A stretch of 64,000 nucleotides of DNA from an uncultured Candidatus Rokubacteria bacterium (lineage in GTDB: Bacteria > Methylomirabilota > Methylomirabilia > Rokubacteriales > CSP1-6). The stretch is taken from the NCBI GenBank assembly GCA_963754315.1, contig CAVWFS010000008.1, positions 192,001 through 256,000 of the forward strand. Direction: 5' to 3'. A program made the translations under genes and the position numbers. This document shows positions 40,516 through 50,153 of this stretch, one piece after another. Positions within the stretch are counted from its first letter, which is position 1, and every line of letters begins with the position of its first letter. A model generated the notes under the pieces. That model was not told the DNA's origin and did not search any database. It saw only the letters and a program-made list of their open reading frames with translations.

Positions 40516-42099
40516 TCGACTTCAGTGCTCTGGACCTGCCGGCGACCGATCACGCAAGGTATCCGGCAAGCGGGATTCGTGACCACCACACCCATCCAGG
40601 AGGCGGCCCTCCCCCTCGCCCTCAAGGGCAAGGACGTCGCTGGTCAGTCCCAGACCGGCACCGGAAAGACGGCGGCCTTCCTCATCGCCGGCTTCACGCG
40701 GTTGCTCCAATCCCCAGGCCCTGCTCCGGGTGTGGGCACCGCGCCGCGCATGCTCGTGATCGCTCCCACCCGGGAGCTGGTCGTGCAGATCGAGGCAGAT
40801 GCGCACATTCTCGGCGCCTTCACGCCATTCAGGACCCTGGCCGTGTACGGAGGCATCGACTACAACAGGCAGCGCGACGCGCTCACCGCCGGCGCGGACG
40901 TCCTGGTGGGGACTCCTGGGCGCCTCATCGACTACATGAAGCAGCACATCTGGTCCCCGCGGCGGGTGGAGGTGCTGGTCGTCGACGAGGCGGACCGCAT
41001 GTTCGACATGGGGTTCATTGCCGACCTGCGCTTCATTCTTCGGCGGCTGCCGCCTCCTGAGAAGCGCCAGTCGTTCCTCTTCTCGGCCACCCTCTCCTTC
41101 CGCGTGCTGGAGCTGACGTGGGAGTTCATGAACAACCCCGCCCAGATCACCATCACGCCCGAGCAGAAGACGGTCGACAGCGTGGAGCAGCTGCTCTACC
41201 ACGCGGGACGGGAGGAGAAGTTCAACCTGCTCCTGGGAATCCTGCGGCGCGAAGGTGGGGAGCGAATCCTCATCTTCAGCAACACCCGCGAGGAGGCGAG
41301 GCGGCTGGAGGATCGTCTCACTCGTAACGGGTGGCAGGCGCGTGCCCTGACGGGTGACGTCGAGCAGAGGCGGCGGCTCAGGATCCTGAACGACTTCAAG
41401 GAGGGCAAGCTGCCCGTGCTGGTCGCCTCCGATGTCGCTTCGCGCGGCCTTCACATCGAAGCGGTCAGCCACGTGATCAACTGGGACCTTCCGCAGGATC
41501 CGGAGGACTACCTGCACCGCATCGGGCGTACCGCCCGGGCCGGAGCGGCCGGCAAGGCCATCAGCCTGGTAGACGAGGCGAGTGCGCTCAATCTCGAGGC
41601 TATCGAGAAGTTCCTCAGTCAGAAGATCCCGGTGATATGGGCAGAGGACGATCTGTTCGCCGAGGAGATTAAGCCCACGGCCGAGGAGCGACGCCGCTAT
41701 GCCGAGGAACGGCGCGCACGTCTGGATGCCCGCGGGCGGCGCGACGGCGGGCGAACGCATCCGGGAAAACCAGGCGAGCGCCGAGAGCGCCGCGACAGCT
41801 CTCGTCCATCCGGGTCAGGACCACGCGGCGATCACCGGCCAGATACGACGCCGGCGCGCGAGGAGAGGAAGCCGGAGCGATCCGCCCGCCGCGATGACCG
41901 GCGCCCGGAAAGCGTTGGGCCAAGGGCCGAATCGCGCGTCCGTTTCGAGGTCGTGCCGCTCGGCGAGCCCTTGCAGCCCGTGCCACCGCCACCAGCCCCG
42001 CCGCCGGGTCAAACGTCGTCGGAGTCGCCCGCCCCGTCCCGGCGCCGTCGGCCACGCCGTCGCCGCCGTCGCTCGCCGGGCCCACCCCCAGAATCGTGA
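40512..42099 (+). CDS. DEAD-box RNA helicase (RhlB-like), frameshifted near 40545
   Basis: MIDFSALDLPA plus PITQGIRQAGF..TPIQ after removing one base; QTGTGKT, PTREL, DEAD, SAT and HRIGRTAR motifs; Arg/Pro-rich tail. Confidence 0.92.
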
Positions 42100-43124
42100 G
42101 CGGGCCCCCCGCCCTCCTGCCGACGTCGGTCGTGGGCAGCCACGGACTCCCCGGCTGGGTCTGGCTCGCCCGGGAGGCGATGTCGCAAGGGCGGCTGGGT
42201 CCGGTCGACCTGCGCGAGCTGATGGAGGATGCCACCCAGATAGCGTTGCTCGACCAGGAACGGGCCGGCATCGATGTCCTGACCACCGGGGAGATGGGAC
42301 GCGTGCGCTTCATCATCGGCTTCTACGACTCCATCAAGGGAATTCGCGCGCTCCCCGCGCCGCGCCAGCTCGGGCAACCACTGTGGGATACCAACACCCC
42401 TTTCGAGGTGGTGGAGAAGATCGCGGCGCCGCAGGGCCTGGGCATCGTCGAGGAGTTCACGCTCGCCCGTGGGCTTACCAGCAAACCGATCAAGGCCACC
42501 GTGCCTGGCCCCTACACGCTGATGGTGCCGCTCAGACTCGGCGGTGGTTACCGCGACAAGGATACGCTCCTGGCTGACCTCGTCGCTCTCGTCAACGCCG
42601 AGTGCAAGGCCCTGGTCGCGGTGGGCGCCGGCTTCATCCAGATCGACGAGCCGCACCACGGCATGTACGCGGGGACGGTGCCTCAGATCGCCAAGGGGCT
42701 CAACCGCGCCGTGGAGGGCATCGACGCCAAGATCGCCGTCCACATCTGCTTCGGTAACCTCTACGGGCGCCCCTTCAGCGCTGTGCGGGACTACCGACAC
42801 GTATTCCCCACCTTGCACGACTTGCACGCCGCGCAGATCGTGCTGGAGTTCGCTAACCGAGGTCCGGAGGTGGCGGATAACTGGCGCGATTTTCCGAAGG
42901 ACAAGGAGCTGGGGGCGGGTGTCATCGACGTGAAGGCTTTCAAGGCAGAGACGCCGACAGACGTAGCAGAACGCGTGCGCGCTCTGCTCATCCACATCGC
43001 ACCGGACAAGCTATGGCTCAACCCGGACTGTGGCTTCTGGGAAACGCCGCGGTGGGTGGTGAAGCAGAAGCTCGCCGCGCTGGTGGGTGGGGTCGAGATC
43101 GTGCGCAAAGAGCTGGACGGCTAG
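42096..43124 (+). CDS. Short cobalamin-independent methionine synthase-like protein (catalytic domain only)
   Basis: 342 aa; PTSVVGS, IQIDEP, HICFGN, LEF and NPDCG (Zn ligands). Confidence 0.88.
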   Translation: MSGPPALLPTSVVGSHGLPGWVWLAREAMSQGRLGPVDLRELMEDATQIALLDQERAGIDVLTTGEMGRVRFIIGFYDSIKGIRALPAPRQLGQPLWDTNTPFEVVEKIAAPQGLGIVEEFTLARGLTSKPIKATVPGPYTLMVPLRLGGGYRDKDTLLADLVALVNAECKALVAVGAGFIQIDEPHHGMYAGTVPQIAKGLNRAVEGIDAKIAVHICFGNLYGRPFSAVRDYRHVFPTLHDLHAAQIVLEFANRGPEVADNWRDFPKDKELGAGVIDVKAFKAETPTDVAERVRALLIHIAPDKLWLNPDCGFWETPRWVVKQKLAALVGGVEIVRKELDG

Positions 43125-43132
43125 GACAAGGG

Positions 43133-43380
43133 TCAACCGCCCTTCAAGCGGGGATCGAGTAGGTCGCGTAGTGCGTCGCCCAGCATGTTGAACCCGAAAA
43201 CCGCGAGCGAGAGGGCGACGGCCGGCCAGATGGCCATCCAGGGAGCCTGGTACATGTGATCGAGGCCTCCCAGCGAAAGCATCCCCCCCAGGTTGGGTAG
43301 GGTGGGGGGACGCCGAGCCCGAGGAAGGAAAGGCTCGCTTCCGTCAGGATCACCGTTGAGAGCCCGGTGGTGGCCACCAC
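43133..43380 (-). pseudogene. 3' remnant of a DppC/OppC-type ABC permease
   Basis: VILTEASLSFLGLGVPPPYPTWG / MLSLGG..APWMAIWP..FGFNMLGDALRDLLDPRLKGG*; the N-terminal two thirds are missing and there is a frameshift in a G run. Confidence 0.85.
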
Positions 43381-43453
43381 GGGGGGCGGACGGGCCGCCA
43401 TCAGAGTAGAATCCCGTTCGCGATCACCTCGCAGCAAGAAAAAGGAGATGGAC

Positions 43454-43801
43454 ATGAGCGTCAAGCGTCACGGTGTCGGACCCCGTCTCAGTCAGGCCGT
43501 GGTTCATGGCAACACCGTCTATCTGGCCGGCATGGTCGCCAACGACCCGGCGGCCGATGCCAAGGGGCAGACCGAGCAGATCCTCAAACGGATCGACGAT
43601 GCGTTGGCGACGGCAGGTAGCCACAAGTCCAAGCTGCTCTCCGCTACCGTGTACGTGGCCAGCATGGCCCTCTACAACGATATGAACGCCGCCTGGGACG
43701 CCTGGGTCGATCCCAAGAACACGCCCGCCCGCGCGACCGTGGAAGCGCGCCTGGCCTCGCCCAAGTACCTCGTCGAGATCATGTGTACCGCCGCTCTGTG
43801 A
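43454..43801 (+). CDS. RidA/YjgF/UK114 family protein
   Basis: RLSQAVVH..VYLAG..MNAAWDAWV..PARATVEA.LA...LVEI. Confidence 0.92.
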   Translation: MSVKRHGVGPRLSQAVVHGNTVYLAGMVANDPAADAKGQTEQILKRIDDALATAGSHKSKLLSATVYVASMALYNDMNAAWDAWVDPKNTPARATVEARLASPKYLVEIMCTAAL

Positions 43802-43852
43802 ACGCGGGGCGGCCGTGAGACGCCGCCCGGAGGTCGTGATCGGGCCGCCCGT

Positions 43853-45097
43853 TCAGTGGCGCTCGGCGAGGATGGCCTCCATGCGGCGCTCACGGCCGTC
43901 GCGGACGATCACCACGTCGACGCGGTCCCCTGCTCGACGAGTCCGCAAGGCGAGGGTGAGATCCTCGAGGGTTTTCACGTCCACACCAGCGAACTTCACG
44001 ATGAGGTCGCCGGTGCGCACGCCAGACCGGTCGGCCGGGCTGCCCGGCCTCACGTCCCTCACCCGAACGCCGGGGCGGGCCTCGGCAAATTCCGGAACGA
44101 TCCCGAAGAAGACCCGCTGCTCGGGTGGCGTCGCGAGTTTCACGTACTGTGGGGGAGAATCTAGCGTGCTCGTCGCGCTGACCACCTTGGTGGCCAAGGT
44201 GAAGACGGTGGCCAGGCCTGACCCGTTGATCTTGTCCCAGGTATCAGTCGGCCGGTGATAGTCCTCGTGGATGCCAGTGAAGAAAAAGAGGACGGGCAGC
44301 CCCGCCCGATAAAAGGTCGTGTGGTCGGAGGGGGCCCACGGGTCGCCGCGAAGCTCCAGGCTGAGCGGTAGGCCGCGAGCTGCCTCCGCGAGCAGGTCGC
44401 GCAGACCGGTCCCGCTGTCCACCCCGCCGACGAAGAGGCGCTCGTGACGGAGGCGTCCTACCATGTCCAGGTTCAGCATGAGAATCGTCCGCTCGAGTGG
44501 CCACGCCGGGTTCTTGCTGTAGTGTTTGGACCCGAGCAGGCCCAATTCCTCGCCGGAGAAGGCGACGAAGATGAGCGTGCGTGGCGCCCCTCCCGTGGCC
44601 GCGAACGCACGGGCGAGGGCTAGCATGACAGCCGTGCCGGATGCGTTGTCGTCAGCCCCATGATGGACCGCACTGCCCCGGTCGACGGACGCCCCCGGTT
44701 GTCCCTCTCGTCCCAGGTGATCGTAGTGGGCGCCGACCAGGATGGCCTCATGCTGCAACCGAGCATCGCGTCCCGGCAGAATGGCGACGACATTGGCGCT
44801 CTGGGCCGGCGGTCCGGGCCGCGTTCCGCTGGGAACCGTAAAGACCTGCAGGAACCCTCCGCCGTCTCCGCCCGGGGTGAGACCCGCCTCCCGGAACACA
44901 CTGCTGATGAGCGCGGCTGCCCGGTCACCACCTGGGGTACCTGAACCCCGGCCTTCCATCTCGGGCGCGGAGAGCACCCTGACCTGGTCGAGAATCCAAT
45001 CGGCTGGGGGATAGGCCGGCGACGTCGCCGCGGCCGACGCCGCGCCGAGAAGAGCCATGAGCAGCAGGACCGCGACTGGCGAACGAGGGAGACGCAT
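43853..45097 (-). CDS. M28 family peptidase with C-terminal PDZ domain
   Basis: Signal peptide; GAHYDHLG, GADDNASG, GEELGLLGS, NLDMVGR and YH motifs; PDZ GSPADRSG. Confidence 0.92.
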   Translation of the reverse strand: MRLPRSPVAVLLLMALLGAASAAATSPAYPPADWILDQVRVLSAPEMEGRGSGTPGGDRAAALISSVFREAGLTPGGDGGGFLQVFTVPSGTRPGPPAQSANVVAILPGRDARLQHEAILVGAHYDHLGREGQPGASVDRGSAVHHGADDNASGTAVMLALARAFAATGGAPRTLIFVAFSGEELGLLGSKHYSKNPAWPLERTILMLNLDMVGRLRHERLFVGGVDSGTGLRDLLAEAARGLPLSLELRGDPWAPSDHTTFYRAGLPVLFFFTGIHEDYHRPTDTWDKINGSGLATVFTLATKVVSATSTLDSPPQYVKLATPPEQRVFFGIVPEFAEARPGVRVRDVRPGSPADRSGVRTGDLIVKFAGVDVKTLEDLTLALRTRRAGDRVDVVIVRDGRERRMEAILAERH

Positions 45098-45175
45098 GCA
45101 GCCATTGTACCGAGGCGCGAGCCAGCTAGCCCTTGAAGCACGGCAGCCGCGGTCGCATACTGCCACGCGGTGGCG

Positions 45176-46614
45176 ATGAAGGAGACCCTGGAGCGGGAGC
45201 TGAAGCTCGACGTCGGGCCACGCTTCCGCCTGCCCAAGCTGCCGGGCGAACCTCTCCCGCGCCGCATGTTCGTCTCCGTCTACTACGACGGTCACGACCA
45301 TCGCCTGGCCCGCAAAGGTGTCACCGTGCGCCGGCGTACCGAGAAGCGCCAGCACCGCTGGCAGGTCAAGCTTCCGCGGGGAGCCGCCCGGCTAGAGATC
45401 GAGCTTCCTGGCTCGCCGACTATCATCCCTCCCGAGCTGTGCCGCCTCCTGAGCGTCTATACCCGCGGAGCCGACCTGGCGCCCATCGCCACCCTTCTCA
45501 CGCGTCGCTCCGGTGTATTGGTGCGTGATCTCCGGGGACCGGTGGCGGAGGTTGTGCTGGACTCCGTGTCCGTCTTCGAGGATCGGCGAATCGTCCAGCG
45601 CTTCCGGGAGGTCGAGATCGAACTGGTCGGGGGCGACGAGCAGGCGCTCGAGCACCTGGGCGACGCGCTCCGCGCCGCCGGCGCCACCGATAGCGACGGC
45701 CGCCCCAAGGTCTTCCGGGCCCTCGGGCTGGATTTGTCTGTTGACCACAAGCCGCTCGCCGAGTCGGCTTCGACGCTCGATCATGTGCTGGTCATGTTGC
45801 GGGGGCAGCTCGAAGCCGTTCGCGCCCACGATCCAGGCACGAGACTTGGTCGGGACGCCGAGGAACTTCATCAGATGCGGGCGGCGGTCCGGCGGTTGCG
45901 GGCCATCTTGCGAGCTTCCCGGGCGCTGTTCGAACCCGGAGCGGTCGAGGCGCTTCGAAAGGAGCTGGCCTGGCTGAACACGGAGTTGGGAGGCAGACGC
46001 GATCTCGACGTCCTTCGCGACTATCTGGCGTCAGAGCTGGCCAGTCTCGATCGTCCGGAGCGGCGTGGTGGTCAGCGGCTACTCCGTCAGCTGGACGAAG
46101 AGCGAGAGCGGGCGGGCCAGAGGCTCCTGACTGTGCTCGAGAACCAACGCTATTTCGCCGTGCTCGACCGGCTGGAGGACTTGATTACCGACCCGCCACC
46201 GACGGGCGCGGAGGTGTCGCTGAAAGATCTCGCCGCCGCGGAGTTCCGAAAGCTGCGCAAGGCCGTCAAGGCGCTACCCGAAGCGCCGAGCGACGCAGAC
46301 TTGCATGCGGTCCGGATCAAGAGCAAGCGCGCGCGCCACGCGGCGGAGCTGGCGGTGCCGACCGAAGGCCGCGCAAGCCGAGCGCTTCGCCAGCAAGGCC
46401 AAGCGAGCTGCAAGATATTCTCGGGGAGCATCAGGACGCGGTTGTTGCCGAGGCACGCCTGCGTGAGCTTTTTGCCGGCGTCCGCGGCCGTCGGGCCAGC
46501 TTCGTTGCCGGGCGTCTCGTGGAGCGTCAACGGGCCCGACGACAGGCGGCGCGCGAGGCCTTCCAGAACTTCTGGCCGAAGGTCGAGAGTCGAGGGCGAA
46601 GGGTATGGGGGTGA
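45176..46614 (+). CDS. CYTH + CHAD domain protein, with two +1 frameshifts near 46375 and 46404
   Basis: ERELK, EVEIE, LHQMRAAVRRLR and LHAVRI..KR motifs; the corrected frame gives LQDILGEHQDAVVA and ends with a GTGA overlap into the NUDIX gene. Confidence 0.85.
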
Positions 46615-47036
46615 CTGAAACCGTGCGAGCCGCCGGTGGCGTCGTGTGGCGGCGCACCGCGAGCGGAGGGGTCGACGTTCTCCTCGTGCATCGGACCGGA
46701 CGTGAGGACTGGACCCTGCCCAAGGGCAAGGTCGAGCCGGGGGAGACCGACGAAGCGTGCGCGGTGCGTGAGGTGCAGGAGGAGACGAATCTCTCCTGCA
46801 CTCTCGGGATGGAGGTCGGCACCGTGCAATACCTCGATCAACGCGGCCGCACGAAGACCGTCCGCTACTGGAGCATGCAGGCGATCGACGGTGTCGCCTC
46901 CGCCCAGCACGAAATAGACGCCGTTCGCTGGATTCCGCTGCAGGAAGCCCCCCGCGAACTCACGTATCCGCGGGATCGAGCGCTCCTCGCCTCGTGCACA
47001 CGCGAGATTGTGCGGGCGGCCAAGGAGCAAGAATGA
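46611..47036 (+). CDS. NUDIX hydrolase
   Basis: RAAGGVVWR and Nudix box GKVEPGETDEACAVREVQEET. Confidence 0.93.
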   Translation: MTETVRAAGGVVWRRTASGGVDVLLVHRTGREDWTLPKGKVEPGETDEACAVREVQEETNLSCTLGMEVGTVQYLDQRGRTKTVRYWSMQAIDGVASAQHEIDAVRWIPLQEAPRELTYPRDRALLASCTREIVRAAKEQE

Positions 47037-47037
47037 C

Positions 47038-48234
47038 CTAGCGCGAGCGGAGCTCCCGGGCGCCGAAGGCGAGTAGGGCCGCACCGATCCAGACGAGGCC
47101 AGCATCAAAGAGGAAGGCCACCGGGATGCTGGCGGCGGCCAGAGCCCCCGTGATCAGGGGACTGACGGCGCTTCCAACCTGTACGCCCATCGCGAGCCAG
47201 CCGAAGGCAGCCCCCCGATTCTCGCTGGGTACGATCTGGCCACCCAGCGCGTAGGCCAGAGTGATCGCGCCGCCCAGGCACAAGCCGACGAGAGTCCGCA
47301 GCACCAGCAGCGACACCCAGCCCCCGGCCAGCGCCATGGCCCCGCACAGAGGGCCGCCGACGAGGAAGGCGATCATCAGCAGATGTGCGGACGGGATGCC
47401 TTGCGCCAGGCGCGCCACCAGGTTGGCCGAGATCGTGGCAGCCACGGCAGCGATCGCGATGATGAAGCCGGACGTGGCGGCGACCGCCTCCACACTAGGT
47501 AGGTGAGCAACGCGTAAGGGGACAAGCAGGGCAAGGCTCCGGTCGACGTACTGCGCGATCACCAGCAGGGTGAGCACGAACATGAAGTGGGGATAGCCGA
47601 ACACTTGCCGGAGCGGCAGGCGTACGGTCGCCTGCCGCGACGGGCCGGGTGCCAGCTCCTTGAACAGCACGATGAGTCCGATCAGCGCCAGCGCACACAG
47701 GCCCGCCGTCGCGAAGAGGGCTGAGCGAATCCCGAAACGAGTGGCGAGGTAGCCGCCGGCGGCGGGCCCGATCGCGACGCTCAGCAACTGCGCGGACTGC
47801 ACCAGGCCGATCGCCTCGGGCACCTTTTCGCGAGGGGCCGAGACGCTGGCGAGGGCCATGGCCATCGGCGTGAAGCCGGCGAAGAAGCCCATCAGCAGTC
47901 GCGCCACGAAGAGCTGTTCCACTGACGTGACCAGCCCCATGGCGGACATGATGATCACGAAGGCCACCAAGGAACGGATGAGCATCGCCTTGCGGCCGAA
48001 GCGATCGGCCAGTCGACCGAAGAACGGACCGAGCAGACCGGAGACGGCTGGCGTCACGGCCGCGATCAGACCGGACCACAGCGCGATCCGGCCCGGATCG
48101 GTCACGCCCAGGTCGCGGACGTAGAGCGGCAGAAATGGCGCGAAAGACTGGAAGCCCACGAAGGCGACGAAGACGACAAGGGCCAGCGCCCACACGTTGC
48201 GTCGCCAGCCGGCCGACTCCGCCGACCCCGTCAC
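47038..48234 (-). CDS. MFS transporter (DHA1/MdtG-like)
   Basis: GRLADRFGRK motif A; about 12 TM segments. Confidence 0.92.
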   Translation of the reverse strand: MTGSAESAGWRRNVWALALVVFVAFVGFQSFAPFLPLYVRDLGVTDPGRIALWSGLIAAVTPAVSGLLGPFFGRLADRFGRKAMLIRSLVAFVIIMSAMGLVTSVEQLFVARLLMGFFAGFTPMAMALASVSAPREKVPEAIGLVQSAQLLSVAIGPAAGGYLATRFGIRSALFATAGLCALALIGLIVLFKELAPGPSRQATVRLPLRQVFGYPHFMFVLTLLVIAQYVDRSLALLVPLRVAHLPSVEAVAATSGFIIAIAAVAATISANLVARLAQGIPSAHLLMIAFLVGGPLCGAMALAGGWVSLLVLRTLVGLCLGGAITLAYALGGQIVPSENRGAAFGWLAMGVQVGSAVSPLITGALAAASIPVAFLFDAGLVWIGAALLAFGARELRSR

Positions 48235-48273
48235 GGTCGAACGGAGCCACCAGCGCGCTGGGGAGCGACCTTC

Positions 48274-49176
48274 TCAGCTCCGCCGCAGCTTGGGGTCGAG
48301 CGCGTCCCGCAGGGAATCGCCAAAGAGATTGAAGCCGAACACTCCGAGGCTGATGGCGATGCCCGGGAAGAGGGCGATCCACGGAGCCTTCTCGGCATAG
48401 GACAGGGCCGACCCGGAGAGCATCAGGCCCCACGAGGGCGTTGGCTCCGCCGCCCCCAGACCGAGGTAGCTCAGGGCAGCCTCGGCCAGGATGGCCGCTC
48501 CGAGCTGCGCGGTCACGATGATGATGTAGGGCGCGACGACGTTGGGGACGATATGCTGCAGGACCACGCGGGGACGGGAGGCGCCGAGCGCGTTCACCGC
48601 CTCCACGTACACATTCTCCTTCACCGACAGGGCGCTCGACCGCACCACCCGCGCCGCGCGCGGAATGATGGGAATGGAGATCGCGATGACCACGTTGTGG
48701 ACCGCCGGGCCCAGGATCGAGGCGATGGCGAGGGCGAGGATCAACTGCGGAAATGCCAGCAGGATGTCCATCAAGCGCTCGAGGAGGAGATCGACCTTCC
48801 CGCCCCAGTACGCGCTGATGACTCCCAGCAGGCCGCCGATCGTGCAGCCCGTGAATGACGCGGTGAAGCCCACGAAGAGCGCGATCCGGGCTCCGTAGAT
48901 GATCCGGCTCATGATGTCGCGTCCGAACTCATCGGTGCCGAACCAGTGCTCGACGCTTGGCCTCGCGAACTGCAACGCGTAATCGGCGCGGTACGGATCG
49001 TACGGCGCCAGGACCCCCGCGAGGGCGGCCACGACCATCATGAACACGATGATCAGCCCCCCCGCGGCCCCAAGCGGCTTCGTGCGGGCAAACTTGATGA
49101 TGGCTTCCACGGTGGACAGCCGCGGCCTCAGGCTCGGCGTCGCCGTGGCGTGGGTCAGCTCGACGTTGGTCGCCAT
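48274..49176 (-). CDS. Peptide ABC transporter permease (DppC-like)
   Basis: Start MATNVEL; HWFGTDEFGRD, EAALSYLGLG and GDSLRDALDP motifs. Confidence 0.93.
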   Translation of the reverse strand: MATNVELTHATATPSLRPRLSTVEAIIKFARTKPLGAAGGLIIVFMMVVAALAGVLAPYDPYRADYALQFARPSVEHWFGTDEFGRDIMSRIIYGARIALFVGFTASFTGCTIGGLLGVISAYWGGKVDLLLERLMDILLAFPQLILALAIASILGPAVHNVVIAISIPIIPRAARVVRSSALSVKENVYVEAVNALGASRPRVVLQHIVPNVVAPYIIIVTAQLGAAILAEAALSYLGLGAAEPTPSWGLMLSGSALSYAEKAPWIALFPGIAISLGVFGFNLFGDSLRDALDPKLRRS

Positions 49177-49178
49177 CG

Positions 49179-50132
49179 CTACCGATAGCGGATGCGTGGA
49201 TCGAACCACGCATACGTCAGGTCCACGAGGAGGTTCACGAGTACGAAGCTGAACGCGATCAGGAAGATGAGGGCTTGCACGACCGGGTAGTCCCGATGGG
49301 CGACGGCGTCGACCACGAAGCGGCCCACGCCGTTCAAGGTGAACACCGTCTCGGTGACGACCAGGCCCCCGATGAGGAACGCGAACTCCGTCCCGATCAG
49401 GGTGACGACAGGGAGCATCGAATTTTTCAGCGCGTGACGGATCACGACCGCCTGTTCCCGCAACCCCTTCGCCCAGGCCGTGCGGATATAGTCCTCCCGG
49501 AGCACCTCCAGCAAGGTCGAACGGGTCATCCGGGTGGTCACCGCGGCGTACCGATAGCCGACGGTGAGCACGGGCCAGACCATGATCTGGAAATTCGCCC
49601 AGGGACTGACCCAGAGCGGCGTGAACTCCAGGGGCGGTCCCCAGCCGAAGAAGATCACGAGGAACAGGATGCAGAGGATCCCCACCCAGAACCCTGGGAT
49701 GGCGAGACCACCGATGCTGACCACGCGGATGACGTAGTCCACCCACGTGTCCTGGCGGACGGCGGCCAGCATGCCAAGGGGAATCGAGATCAGCACCGAG
49801 ACCATCGTGGCCATGAGCGCCAGCTGCAGGGATAGGGGCAGCCGAATGAGCAGTTCTTCGGTGACCGGCTGTCCCGTCCATAGCGATTTGCCGAAGTCGA
49901 AGCGCACCACGCCCCACAGCCATTTCCCGAACTGCACCAGGAGTGGCTGATCCAGTCCGAGCTGCCGGCGCATGGCATCGAGCTGTCTTTGATCGATCTG
50001 CCCTTGGTCCCCTCCCAGGATGAGGAGGGCCACGTCGCCCGGGATCACACGCATGATCAGAAATACCAGGGTTGCGGCCCCCAGCAAGGTGGGGATCATC
50101 AGGAGCAGCCGCTTGGCGATGTACGTGCGCAT
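49179..50132 (-). CDS. Peptide ABC transporter permease (DppB-like)
   Basis: DFGKS, EDYIRTAWAKGL, HALKN and RDYPVVQ motifs. Confidence 0.95.
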   Translation of the reverse strand: MRTYIAKRLLLMIPTLLGAATLVFLIMRVIPGDVALLILGGDQGQIDQRQLDAMRRQLGLDQPLLVQFGKWLWGVVRFDFGKSLWTGQPVTEELLIRLPLSLQLALMATMVSVLISIPLGMLAAVRQDTWVDYVIRVVSIGGLAIPGFWVGILCILFLVIFFGWGPPLEFTPLWVSPWANFQIMVWPVLTVGYRYAAVTTRMTRSTLLEVLREDYIRTAWAKGLREQAVVIRHALKNSMLPVVTLIGTEFAFLIGGLVVTETVFTLNGVGRFVVDAVAHRDYPVVQALIFLIAFSFVLVNLLVDLTYAWFDPRIRYR

Positions 50133-50153
50133 GCCGCCTCCACCCTCCTCCGT

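Noticed and set aside
40512..40560. Programmed ribosomal frameshift in the helicase and other split genes
   Set aside because: No shared slippery heptamer or stimulatory structure; an insertion-error pattern explains all cases
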